Shown here in pieces: positions 49,627 to 59,291 of a DNA stretch of 64,000 bases; the first letter of the stretch is position 1, and each line of letters starts with the position of its first letter. The notes below the pieces were generated by a model, which saw nothing but the letters and a program-made list of their open reading frames with translations, was not told where the DNA came from and made no database searches. The translations under genes and the position numbers were made by a program. This DNA is from Ignavibacteria bacterium (GTDB taxonomy: Bacteria > Bacteroidota > Ignavibacteria > Kapaibacteriales > UBA2268): the NCBI GenBank assembly GCA_016844745.1, contig JAERMQ010000001.1:29475-93474 (forward strand). The letters run 5' to 3'.

Positions 49627-50147
49627 GTGCATGTTCTATTCCCTTCTCCTTGAGGAATGGAAATTTCCTCCCCAATAGTCAGAATTCCTTCTGATTGACT
49701 CATGAACAACAATGAAATAATTTATATTATAGCCATTTTTCAAGTAAGGCAGTCAGAAGAAACTTCTGACTGTAGGGGAAGATTGTCTTGTCTAATTTTC
49801 AATTTCCAATTTTACAAATTTCAAAGAATTTTCAATTACTAATTTTACAATTCTAAATCAAATTCGAATATTTTTTTATTATTTAGCATTTAATATTAAT
49901 CATTTATTGATAATTGAAAATTGAAAATTATCCACCTTGAATTAAGTGTCTATCTACATGATGATAGTATTTTAATGACAAAATTATCTAAAAAGAATAA
50001 AAAACCTTGTCACCTTTCCCCTTTATTCAGAGGTCTCTAATATATTATGAATAAAAATTAATTTAATTTTTTGTAACTCATAAATGTCTTATGTGTTTAT
50101 CAATCTGTTGGTTAATAATTGAAATTAATAGGTTGTTTTTATAAATT

Positions 50148-50858
50148 ATGAGGTTACAAATGAAAAAGTATTTATTAAGCATCTTTTTACTGCTTTTAGT
50201 TCTTACTATCAACTCCTGCCAGCGCACTACAGACCCAGCTACTACACAGGATTTACCCGGTACGAATTATGCCATACCTGCAACTGAAACTCAAACCCAA
50301 CCCGTTACCGTTACCGATATGTCCATAGATTCTCCGATGGCTGCAACCTCGGACGAACGCGATAAATGTATGGGTGAGTCGAGTGGTAGCAACATGATGA
50401 TGAATGACAGGCATCCGGCAAAGGATGTTCCGAGCGGCTTTGTTCCATTCGGCAGGTTATTACATGCGCTCAATTTAACCGACCGGCAGAAAGCCCACAT
50501 TGTTGTGTTCCATAAGGGTTTCAGGGATTGCAATGAAAGAATAATGCATGCTTTACGCGAATCTGAAAAGGAAATTATCGACCATGCGAATAGAGCAAGA
50601 CATTATGTTTTGCAGCAACTTAAAGAGGGAAAAATCGACAGGCAAGTTGCTCACCAGAAACTAAGAGAAATTAATGCACGCACACGCCAGGCATTGCATG
50701 ATAATCCGGCAAGGGAACGAGCCAGATTAGCATTACATGATTGCTTCTGTAATATGCTGCGTCAGATACGCTCTATTCTCACAGAAGAACAACTGCCGTT
50801 ATTCGATACATGGATGCGTCAATATGCAAAGCATTGCCTGCATACGGACAGAGGATGA
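50148..50858 (+). CDS. Lipoprotein with Spy/CpxP-like (LTxxQ) helical domain
   Basis: It has a lipobox (INSC), the motifs LNLTDRQK and ILTEEQ, and His-rich helices. Confidence 0.7.
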   Translation: MRLQMKKYLLSIFLLLLVLTINSCQRTTDPATTQDLPGTNYAIPATETQTQPVTVTDMSIDSPMAATSDERDKCMGESSGSNMMMNDRHPAKDVPSGFVPFGRLLHALNLTDRQKAHIVVFHKGFRDCNERIMHALRESEKEIIDHANRARHYVLQQLKEGKIDRQVAHQKLREINARTRQALHDNPARERARLALHDCFCNMLRQIRSILTEEQLPLFDTWMRQYAKHCLHTDRG

Positions 50859-50907
50859 TAAGATTGTAATTTACATTCGTTTAACAGATTGATTGTAATC
50901 TTTAAAC

Positions 50908-50940
50908 AAATAGGCTCCGGGACTATACGGAGCCTATTTT
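50908..50940 (+). terminator. Terminator-like hairpin
   Basis: AAATAGGCTCCG-ggactata-CGGAGCCTATTTT. Confidence 0.7.
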
Positions 50941-50948
50941 AAAAGAAT

Positions 50949-51070
50949 AGATGCCCAACATCTGCCGGATGTTGGACATCTTTATCAATTAAAGCTGGTT
51001 GAAGATTATTATTTGAAGAAAAACCCCCTAACTCCCTTTGAAAAAGGGGTTTAGTGGGTTTTTCTTCAAA
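50949..51070. repeat. 33-bp GCC-loop palindrome variant plus shortened CCCCCTAAC palindrome
   Basis: The two elements lie at 50949-50981 and 51012-51070, between convergent genes. Confidence 0.8.
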
Positions 51071-51079
51071 AATTGAAAA

Positions 51080-52036
51080 TTATACCAAGACTTCTTCGAC
51101 TACATAATCCAGATTATACGTATAGCTGTTCTCGAGATGTGAGTTCTCCCGCATATAATTCATTATATACTGACCGCAATTGCTACCTATTTTATTTTCT
51201 TCGAACTCACCAATACTTAATATTACGTCATAACCGCTATTCTTCAGTTCGGTAATAATAGGATAATCAACTATTCCGGGTTGAATGTATGATGCAATTC
51301 CGTTTTCAAAGGACCTGTAGGTAGGATTAACTGGTGTAATTTTAATGAGAAATTGCTCAGGAGAGAAATATTGAAGCAGGATTTCAGGTTCAATAATCGA
51401 ATCCTTTGATAAAGCAAAGTTCAAAGTTACTTTACGTTTTTCATCATCCGTATAAAATTTTGAACCATAATGGGCTATTTCTCCAAAACTCCACTTCTTA
51501 ACAGGAATAAGCCAATTCCGCTGCTTTTCGTCGGTTGAGTGAATGGAGAATTGCAACTGAAAATTATTCCTATAAAATTTATCTTTAATTTGTTCTAAGG
51601 ATGTAAAAAATGTTTCCGAGCCGCAGGGAGCGATTGATGAAATGGAGGGCAGAAGACCGGGAGCATTATACCTTTCAGGTAATTCTTTTAATACATCAAG
51701 CACGCTTGGATTAAGCGCAGGCTCTCCCATTCTGGCAAATTGTATTTTGAATTTATCTACATTGATTATACTGTTTGGGTAAAATTTATCGACTAAAAAA
51801 TCAATCTGTGAGAAAATTTCTTCCTTCGAAAGCTTACCGGAATAATATCCGCCGCTATCGCAAAAGCGGCATTTTACCGGACAACCATACATGGTTGAGA
51901 TTATTAATACCCATTTCTTTTTCTTAGGGATTGGTGGTTGACAGGATTCAACAAACTCGACAAGCTTTCCATTATCCATTCTACCAATATATACAGTTGC
52001 AATGCCGCTTTCGGCTGTTTGTGCTATGATTTTCAA
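51080..52036 (-). CDS. RlmN/Cfr-like radical SAM protein (atypical)
   Basis: It carries GCPVKCRFC, ARMGEPALN, LQFSIHST...R and GSNCGQ, and lacks the N-terminal RlmN domain. Confidence 0.8.
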   Translation of the reverse strand: MKIIAQTAESGIATVYIGRMDNGKLVEFVESCQPPIPKKKKWVLIISTMYGCPVKCRFCDSGGYYSGKLSKEEIFSQIDFLVDKFYPNSIINVDKFKIQFARMGEPALNPSVLDVLKELPERYNAPGLLPSISSIAPCGSETFFTSLEQIKDKFYRNNFQLQFSIHSTDEKQRNWLIPVKKWSFGEIAHYGSKFYTDDEKRKVTLNFALSKDSIIEPEILLQYFSPEQFLIKITPVNPTYRSFENGIASYIQPGIVDYPIITELKNSGYDVILSIGEFEENKIGSNCGQYIMNYMRENSHLENSYTYNLDYVVEEVLV

Positions 52037-52037
52037 T

Positions 52038-52937
52038 TTATTTGCTTATTCTTGAATTACAATAAAATCTCATTGCGGCTTCTAACCCGTCCCCGATACT
52101 AATTCCGGTCTGACGGTTACGCTTCCCTTGTGCGTCGCCGATAATAGCTAATCTATCAGCTTCCTTTAAATAATGAATGGATTTTCCTTCAAAATTTTTC
52201 AACAAATCAAGATTAGGCCATCTTCCTATTGCAAAAATAAGATAATTTACCGTGAAAATCTTCTTTCTATTAATAATTTCGGTTTGCAGCATAAGCTCGG
52301 TAGCGGCTGCATCATAATCAATTTTGTTTATCCATGAATTATTAAAATACCGTATTTTCTTTTTCCTCTTTTCATATTCCTCAATAAGGCTGATGTTGCA
52401 GCCTGGCTTTGTATTTTTGTTAAAAAGGATTACACTGTTTTTTTTCGATAGGGTTACAGCAAAATCGAATCCGAGGTCGCCGCCACCTATAATTGCAATT
52501 CTTTTGGAACTCATTCCTATTAAATCCGAAATGTCAAATTTAATTAAATCGATTGCTTCAGGTGGTATTTTATAAGAATAATGATGTGGTTTCGATACAG
52601 TCCCTGTTGCCAAAATTAGTTTGTGGGATTTGTATAAATTTTGATTCGTCTGTATGAAAAAAATATTATCACTGAATTTTACATCAATAACTTCTTCATA
52701 GGTTACCTGATTATTCTTTAAAAGCTGTTCAGTGAATATTGAGGTAAGTTTCGCCCCGCTTATACCTTTCGGAAATCCGGGATAATTTTCCACCCAAAAA
52801 GCCTGCTGAAGCATTCCCCCGATGCATTTTTTTTCAAGAATGAGAGGTTTAATCCCATATTTATTCAACTGTATCGCTGCAGCAATACCTGCAGGACCTG
52901 CGCCAATAATTGCTACTTTATATATTTGTTCTTCCAT
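52038..52937 (-). CDS. NAD(P)/FAD-dependent oxidoreductase, thioredoxin-reductase fold, no CxxC
   Basis: Motifs IIGAGPAG, VENYPGF, LILATG, IIGGGD, FAIGRWPN and IIGDA are present. Confidence 0.85.
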   Translation of the reverse strand: MEEQIYKVAIIGAGPAGIAAAIQLNKYGIKPLILEKKCIGGMLQQAFWVENYPGFPKGISGAKLTSIFTEQLLKNNQVTYEEVIDVKFSDNIFFIQTNQNLYKSHKLILATGTVSKPHHYSYKIPPEAIDLIKFDISDLIGMSSKRIAIIGGGDLGFDFAVTLSKKNSVILFNKNTKPGCNISLIEEYEKRKKKIRYFNNSWINKIDYDAAATELMLQTEIINRKKIFTVNYLIFAIGRWPNLDLLKNFEGKSIHYLKEADRLAIIGDAQGKRNRQTGISIGDGLEAAMRFYCNSRISK

Positions 52938-53078
52938 TAAGTATTTTCCATTATTGTCTGAATTAGGATTTATATCAATTATGAATTATGAATTATGAAT
53001 AAAATACCTTCCTTAAATGTTAATTCCTAATTTCTAATTCTTAATTTATTTCATTTACCATTAACAATTGACCATTAA

Positions 53079-53720
53079 TCAAAGAATCTCCTCAGATATA
53101 CAGGGTGTTATAAATCCTTGCGATAATGTGATGTATGACGCCTTGTGCAACTCCATGTTATAAGCTGCAGTAGTATCAACAGGAAATATGGGAGTAAAAC
53201 CCTTAATAAAGGCGCTTCGCACAGTTGAATCGCAGCATAGATTAGTCATAACACCGCAAATCAACAGCGTGTGACAATTCTTTTCCTTAAGTATTTTTTT
53301 TAATGGTGTTTTGTAGAATGCATCGTATTGTGTTTTATCAATAATGATTTCATTATCTGTTCTGAACGATTCGGAAATTCCAAATAAAAGATTTTTCTTA
53401 TCGATTAATCTTTGCCAGTGGAATTTCATCTGCCCGGCATTTACTTCATTATTCCAATGGCGGGTAAAAATTACAGGTAAATTTCTATGTTTGAATTTAT
53501 TTATTAATTTTTTTATTCTCTCGATAATTGCTTCGGAAGAAGAGACAAAAGCAAGGGATTTTTCATCTAAAAAATATTTTTGCATGTCCAGAACGATTAA
53601 TGCAGAGCCTGAACTTATTTTGAATTGGCATAAACGTTGATTATAAAGATGAGCCTGAGCAAGGATTTCATTGCATTTTACCTCTATTGTAGCTTTAGTC
53701 AAATATTTTTCTTTGAGCAT
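53079..53720 (-). CDS. Isochorismatase/cysteine hydrolase family protein
   Basis: Motifs ALIVLDMQKYF, K.QYDAFYKT and ICGVMTNLCCDSTVRSAF are present. Confidence 0.9.
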   Translation of the reverse strand: MLKEKYLTKATIEVKCNEILAQAHLYNQRLCQFKISSGSALIVLDMQKYFLDEKSLAFVSSSEAIIERIKKLINKFKHRNLPVIFTRHWNNEVNAGQMKFHWQRLIDKKNLLFGISESFRTDNEIIIDKTQYDAFYKTPLKKILKEKNCHTLLICGVMTNLCCDSTVRSAFIKGFTPIFPVDTTAAYNMELHKASYITLSQGFITPCISEEIL

Positions 53721-53871
53721 TAAAGTACTTTATTCTTTATAAAAGTTAATGGTAACTTTTGCAAAATTATGGAATTTCTTTAAATGAATCAATCAATAAA
53801 AGTATTTTTGTTGAAAATGACATTCCAATATCGGAATTTTAGAATGATTTATTACGAAAAAAATTAATTTT

Positions 53872-53983
53872 AAGGTAGTTCTAAAAATTGTCATTCCCGC
53901 GAAAGCGGGAATCCATAAAGCCGCTCTGGGAGTGGATTCCCACTTTCGTGGGAATGACAACATGGACTTTTTAGTACCACCTT
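53872..53983. mobile_element. MITE-like element: imperfect 16-bp terminal IRs enclosing a GTCATTCCCGCGAAAGCGGGAATCC REP doublet
   Basis: The ends are AAGGTAGTTCTAAAAA and TTTTTAGTACCACCTT. The internal doublet lies at 53890-53958. Confidence 0.6.
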
Positions 53984-54093
53984 TTAATATCAAAATAATA
54001 ATTTCAGGATTAATGAAAATAAATCTTGCTTATCATCGTTATTTATTATAATTTGGTTTATATATATGGATAACATTTATAAAGGATTTATTA

Positions 54094-54429
54094 ATGGCAG
54101 CAGTTAGCAAAGCAACTTCCAGGCCAAGCGATAGTCAGGAAGTGAAAATCGCTTCTTCCAGAGCATCGCAGAACCAAGCCAACGCTCAATCATCAACTAC
54201 ACGACTTGCGAAAAATGTTCAATCTGACAAATTAACAATAACATCAAAAGCCTCCGAGAATAAGTCTCTGTCAAGCAAACCATCGGTTAATTCTATTAAA
54301 TCTACATCCGAAGCTGACAGAACATTGAAAGCAGCTAAAGATTTAATCAGTAGCTATAAATCGAAAACTTCAGGCGCTGATTTTATTAAACCGATAAAGC
54401 GTGATGTTTACTCGTTTTTGGCTGGTTGA
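54094..54429 (+). CDS. Small Ser/Lys/Ala-rich hypothetical protein
   Basis: A 111-aa ORF with an AAGGA SD. Confidence 0.6.
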   Translation: MAAVSKATSRPSDSQEVKIASSRASQNQANAQSSTTRLAKNVQSDKLTITSKASENKSLSSKPSVNSIKSTSEADRTLKAAKDLISSYKSKTSGADFIKPIKRDVYSFLAG

Positions 54430-54539
54430 TTAGTTATTCTTTGATTTTTATTGCATGCTTTCGCAAGACCCAAAGCGGGTTGTTAAATATTTTTATTAAG
54501 ATATAATAATTCTTATCACATTTTATTGTTTTTACTTTT

Positions 54540-55997
54540 CTATTTCCTGAATTTTCTCCTCAATACATTTATTAAAAATGAAGTTAGGGTTAGCCTTCTA
54601 AGATTATTGTAATAATGGAAAGTATTTATCTTCCTTCGTAAATAGGATATCAGAAGTTCGGGAAGTGGCTTTATACCTTTATAAATATAATAATCAAACC
54701 ATAAATAAGCCTTCATAATTTGACTCTTTGAAAAACCCGGCATATCCAATACAGGTGATAATCGTTCTTTATCGGTTTCGATTCGCTTTTCCAGCAAGCC
54801 CATATTTTTGCAAACATCGAATAATTTTGTTCCCGGATAGGGATAGAAAATTGAATGAAGTGAAGTAGCCGGCTGGGCTTTTTTGTTAAATTCGACAGTT
54901 TCTTTAAATTCATTCCAGGTCTCACCCGGCAGACCTATGAGATTATATATATTTACACGCAAACCTGCATTTTGAGCCAACCGGATAGCAGATAGGACAT
55001 CGTCATTTGAATATTTTCTATTAAGTATTTCGCGCCGTACCCTGTCGGAGCCGGATTCGAGACCAATATTAATATATTCGAAATTCGCTCTCTTCATTGC
55101 TCCGAAAAGGTCTTCATAACTCGTTCTTGGAGTTATTCTAAGATTTGTGCCGAAGGTGCGGGGGTTTGGTATAGAACTGTTTAGCGCTGCCAGTGCATCG
55201 CAAAGTTCAAATGCCCATTTTTTATCAATACCAAAAGTTTCTACTTCAAGATAATAATTTATCAAATTGGGATAACTGTTTATTAACTCTTTTAATTCCA
55301 TTAAGATATTTTCAACCGAACGCAATCTGACATATTTGCCTTCCGCAAGTTTCATCAGTGCATGGTTTGAGCAATAGGTGCATAAAAAGGGACATCCCCG
55401 ACCAAGAAGAACAGGAATTGATTGACTTTTATCGTAATCGATGACATTATTCCATAGTTCCCTATCGGGAAATGGGAGTGAATCCAAATCACAGTTGAAT
55501 GGTCGTACAGGATTTGCATTTATTTTACCATCATGCTTTATTATCAGGTTAGGTATATCTAAAGGTTCATTGCTGTTTGTCAAACATGTGCAAAGTTCTG
55601 AAAGTGAAAATTCTCCTTCGCCGATACATATATAATTAAAACAATCCCTTATTGCTTCATCGGATGATAATGATACATGGGGACCACCTATAATTAGTGG
55701 TATTTCAGGGTGATTGGTTTTAATAAAATTGGCAATTAATGAATTATAGGGATATTCGGTAGCAACGCATGTAAAACAGATTAAATCAGGTTTGCTACTA
55801 TTTAACTTTTCAGTAATCAATTTGAAAGTTGTCTTTTTCGATAATATTTTACTGAGAAGTAATAAATCGGTTTGATGTCCTGTGTATTTAAGGTGAGAGG
55901 ATAAATAAGAAATCCCGAGATAAGAATATTGGAGTCCCAATAATTTATATGTTCTTAAATCAATCCAATCGGTTGTATAAACGAATAATACCCTCAA
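54540..55997 (-). CDS. Cobalamin-binding radical SAM protein
   Basis: It has an N-terminal B12-binding-like domain (LGISYLSS, IIGGPH, IGEGE) plus RGCPFLCTYC, IGLESG, IGLPGET and PYPGT. Confidence 0.88.
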   Translation of the reverse strand: MRVLFVYTTDWIDLRTYKLLGLQYSYLGISYLSSHLKYTGHQTDLLLLSKILSKKTTFKLITEKLNSSKPDLICFTCVATEYPYNSLIANFIKTNHPEIPLIIGGPHVSLSSDEAIRDCFNYICIGEGEFSLSELCTCLTNSNEPLDIPNLIIKHDGKINANPVRPFNCDLDSLPFPDRELWNNVIDYDKSQSIPVLLGRGCPFLCTYCSNHALMKLAEGKYVRLRSVENILMELKELINSYPNLINYYLEVETFGIDKKWAFELCDALAALNSSIPNPRTFGTNLRITPRTSYEDLFGAMKRANFEYINIGLESGSDRVRREILNRKYSNDDVLSAIRLAQNAGLRVNIYNLIGLPGETWNEFKETVEFNKKAQPATSLHSIFYPYPGTKLFDVCKNMGLLEKRIETDKERLSPVLDMPGFSKSQIMKAYLWFDYYIYKGIKPLPELLISYLRRKINTFHYYNNLRRLTLTSFLINVLRRKFRK

Positions 55998-56123
55998 AGT
56001 ATAAAATTAAAAATTGTACAAAATAATTACCTTCAAACTTATAAAATTAATCTTAATTTGATAAATTATAGATTTTACTTATTAATTTTGAGTTACTCTT
56101 TTTGTTTATAAATAAAAAGTTTC

Positions 56124-57248
56124 ATGAATAACGAAAATAAGGTACCGAAAACATTACTCGTGGCAGCCGGTGGAACAGGAGGTCACTTATTTCCTGCATT
56201 AGCAGTTGTCGAAGCTTTGGAATCGCTGGGAAATACTAATAAATTTAAATTCATTTTTACGGGAACACCGGATAGGATGGAATCGAAAATATTACCCGGT
56301 TTGGGATACAATTATTATCCATTACCTATAACCGGATTCAAGGGAATATTTTCCTTACAATCCTACATTTTACCAATAAAAATTATATGGTCGATAAACC
56401 GATGTATCGGGATAATTAAAAAGCATGATTGCAAAGCACTAATAGCTGCTGGCGCTTATTTAAGCTATCCGCCGGCAATAGCGGCTTCGCTTTGCGGAAT
56501 CCCGGTTTTTTTAATCGAATCAAATGTGCATCCCGGCAAAACGAATAAAATTCTATCGCGGAGGGCTAAAATTATCTTCACTTCTTATGATGAAAGCGCA
56601 GAGCATTTCCCCAAGGAGGTGCGGAGTAAATTAAAAGCTTATGGGAATCCATTAAGAAATACATTCGGCAACCTTCCCGAACGAAGCCGTGCTTTGCAAA
56701 ATTTCGGTTTGGATGACGGAAGAAAAACTGTACTGATTTTCGGTGGGAGTTTAGGTGCAAGGTCTATTAATAATGCTGTGAAACAATCAATATCAGGAAT
56801 CGAATCTTCTAAATATCAAATACTATGGCAGACCGGTAATAGTTTCGAAAAAACAGGGAAATTACCGGATAATATTATTTTATTGCATTTCATAGACGAT
56901 ATGGCTTCTGCTTATTCGGCAGCCGACCTTGTGGTTTGCCGCAGCGGAGGTACAACCGTTGCAGAGCTTGCCGCTTTGGGGAAACCATCCGTTTTAATCC
57001 CATTGCCGACTGCCGCCAATGACGAACAAAGTTCGAACGGGAAAATCTTAGCCAGCCATGGTGCTGCATGTATTGTCAAGGATTCGGAAATCCTGGAAAA
57101 ATTATTTCCCCTGATTGATGAATTGATTTTCGATGAAGTGCGATTATCTGATATGGCAAATGCAGCAAAAGAGCTTGGTAAGCCTGATGCTGCAAAGAAT
57201 ATTGCAAAAGAAATAATAAAGTTTTTATATTTGAAAAATTATTCATAA
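56124..57248 (+). CDS. murG: Undecaprenyl-PP-MurNAc-pentapeptide GlcNAc transferase
   Basis: Motifs GGTGGHLFPA, ESN..PGKTN, GNPLR, GGSLGA, RSGGTTVAEL and DEQ..N are present. Confidence 0.95.
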   Translation: MNNENKVPKTLLVAAGGTGGHLFPALAVVEALESLGNTNKFKFIFTGTPDRMESKILPGLGYNYYPLPITGFKGIFSLQSYILPIKIIWSINRCIGIIKKHDCKALIAAGAYLSYPPAIAASLCGIPVFLIESNVHPGKTNKILSRRAKIIFTSYDESAEHFPKEVRSKLKAYGNPLRNTFGNLPERSRALQNFGLDDGRKTVLIFGGSLGARSINNAVKQSISGIESSKYQILWQTGNSFEKTGKLPDNIILLHFIDDMASAYSAADLVVCRSGGTTVAELAALGKPSVLIPLPTAANDEQSSNGKILASHGAACIVKDSEILEKLFPLIDELIFDEVRLSDMANAAKELGKPDAAKNIAKEIIKFLYLKNYS

Positions 57249-57288
57249 TTTTCATTCATTGACTTTTGATTGTCTGATAAATTTAAAT

Positions 57289-57777
57289 ATGGAAGAACTG
57301 AAAAATAAAATGACCTCGCTCCATCAGGAGTCTTTCTCAAAAAGATTAGATTTTTATTGGCGTTCTATTGCGGTCTATTCAATTATTCTGATTGTATATA
57401 GTTTGCTAAGGGGTTCATTCGAATACAATCAACTAACCATGGAAATCAACGAACCGTTAGTAATTCTCCTTGCGTTTTTTATTTGTTGCACTGCGATTAT
57501 GCTTTTCATTAATTACTATAAAAGATTATCCATTATTATCGGTAAAGATTTTATTACTTTCAAAAGCAGGTTTCGCGAAAAAATATATCGTGTAGCCGAT
57601 ATTCAAAAAATCGCATTGGGCAAGGACAGAATAAACCGGCTTAGGGTAACTCATCGTGTAATTAAGATTAAACTTAATAACAGAAGAAAATCTTTAAAGA
57701 TAAGACCATCGTCGTTTTTAAACGAAGGGCGTCTGGTGCAGTCTATCGCTCGATTGAAAAAGGATTTGAATAAATAG
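57289..57777 (+). CDS. Two-TM membrane protein with basic C-terminal domain
   Basis: It has two hydrophobic helices. The likely start is the ATG at 57289. Confidence 0.65.
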   Translation: MEELKNKMTSLHQESFSKRLDFYWRSIAVYSIILIVYSLLRGSFEYNQLTMEINEPLVILLAFFICCTAIMLFINYYKRLSIIIGKDFITFKSRFREKIYRVADIQKIALGKDRINRLRVTHRVIKIKLNNRRKSLKIRPSSFLNEGRLVQSIARLKKDLNK

Positions 57778-57786
57778 ATTCCAAAA

Positions 57787-58407
57787 ATGAAAATTTTCCG
57801 CTTTATTTTAATTATTATTTTGCTTTTTTATCTTTACAATTTCAAATGTTATTCTCAAATTAAAAGTAACAATGAAATAATTGAATCCTTATTCGAAAAA
57901 TTTGCACAACATCTAAACTTGGCTCTGGTTCCGACCAATGGAGATTCTATCATTCTTAATATCACTGGATCTGATGCGGTTTCGATATTGAAGCAAAAAA
58001 TAATAACCGATTCAAATTTAAAAAAAATCATTTTTATTGAGAAATCATCCCTGAAAAATCCCAATCAACTTGTTTCAATCAGTGTAATATTAAATAACTT
58101 CGGAGTTGAATACTTGCAGGATTCAACAGATACTGATAAAATTATCCGCAAGTGTTTTCTTACTATCAATGCTAATATTACTAACAAAGAGGGTTTAATT
58201 CGTTCCCTTCCGAATTTTTCATCTTTTGTTATAGATACTTTATTCCACTGGCAGATTCATGCTGCAGAAAGTAATGCATATCCGTTTGCACGTGCACCTT
58301 TACCCGATAAAAAGGGAAGTATGTGGAATAAAATCATAGAGCCTGTAGTAATTGTTGCATCTGCAGCAGCAACTGTTCTTATTTTCTTCTATGTCCGTTC
58401 AAAGTAA
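57787..58407 (+). CDS. Hypothetical exported protein with C-terminal TM anchor
   Basis: It has a signal peptide and ends in IIEPVVIVASAAATVLIFFYVRSK. Confidence 0.7.
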   Translation: MKIFRFILIIILLFYLYNFKCYSQIKSNNEIIESLFEKFAQHLNLALVPTNGDSIILNITGSDAVSILKQKIITDSNLKKIIFIEKSSLKNPNQLVSISVILNNFGVEYLQDSTDTDKIIRKCFLTINANITNKEGLIRSLPNFSSFVIDTLFHWQIHAAESNAYPFARAPLPDKKGSMWNKIIEPVVIVASAAATVLIFFYVRSK

Positions 58408-58459
58408 TCAGGCAGAATATATTCTTCAAATCAATATATCATCTCAAAGTAGTCATCAA

Positions 58460-59122
58460 TTATTGATACACTCTTGGCTTGAAGCCCTGTGGGTATTCAA
58501 TTACAAGCATATCACCCCTTAAAGTTGCCGGATAGTAACCGGCTTTGAGAATTTCCTGAAGCTGTCCCGGCTTCAGGTGTGGAACGGCTATAACTCCGTA
58601 TTTCTTCTTGCTTTGATGCTCAGGACAGAACCTGTTGACTTCTTCAAGTTTCTTCGTAAGTTGTTTGATTAGTGTTTTATTGAACCGTGTCTTGACTTCA
58701 ATAACGAAAAGTTGATTAGAATTCCCATTCGAAAAAGCAAGAGCGTCAGCTTCGAAATCGGCGCCTTTTATGCTTCTACTTACATTTGTATCGAAAAATT
58801 CAATATCGAACTGTAACTGCAATTGTAACTGGAGTGAATTAAACAGCAAATCTTCGGTGAAATTACCGAAACTTTTATGCACACCTCCAATTTGGGTTCC
58901 CTGCTCATCAATTCTCCTGCCGACTTTCTCCAAAAAAATATCCAATTCGCGAAACTTTTTGTCAGTCTCCTTAAACTGCCTGTCAGTCTCCTTAAACTGC
59001 CTGTCAGTCTCCTTAAACTGCCGGTTAGTCTCAAGCTGTGCTTCCCTAAGTTGCTGCATATCGATGGAAAATTGTTTTAACATTTCCCAGACTTCGGCTG
59101 ATGTTGCGCTTTTCTGTTTCAT
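58460..59122 (-). CDS. Coiled-coil (ETDRQFK repeat) protein with C-terminal PD-(D/E)xK-like domain (DUF3782-like)
   Basis: A 21-nt unit is repeated three times at 58960-59022. Motifs G.F.E and EADAL...VIEVK are present. Confidence 0.75.
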   Translation of the reverse strand: MKQKSATSAEVWEMLKQFSIDMQQLREAQLETNRQFKETDRQFKETDRQFKETDKKFRELDIFLEKVGRRIDEQGTQIGGVHKSFGNFTEDLLFNSLQLQLQLQFDIEFFDTNVSRSIKGADFEADALAFSNGNSNQLFVIEVKTRFNKTLIKQLTKKLEEVNRFCPEHQSKKKYGVIAVPHLKPGQLQEILKAGYYPATLRGDMLVIEYPQGFKPRVYQ

Positions 59123-59291
59123 TTTATTTATTTATTATTTTATTGCTAAACGGAATGTATTAATTAATATTTTAAAAATTGAAATTAAAAATTATCACCT
59201 TAATCTTAATCCAACTATATCGAATTAATGCCACTTCATCATTGTGTATGTTCGTTTTATATCAAGAGTTCCTTATATTCTAAGAAATCAG

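Noticed and set aside
53793-53993. 66-aa ORF containing SFPRKWES/WIPAFAGMT
   Set aside because: It is a translation of the REP doublet.
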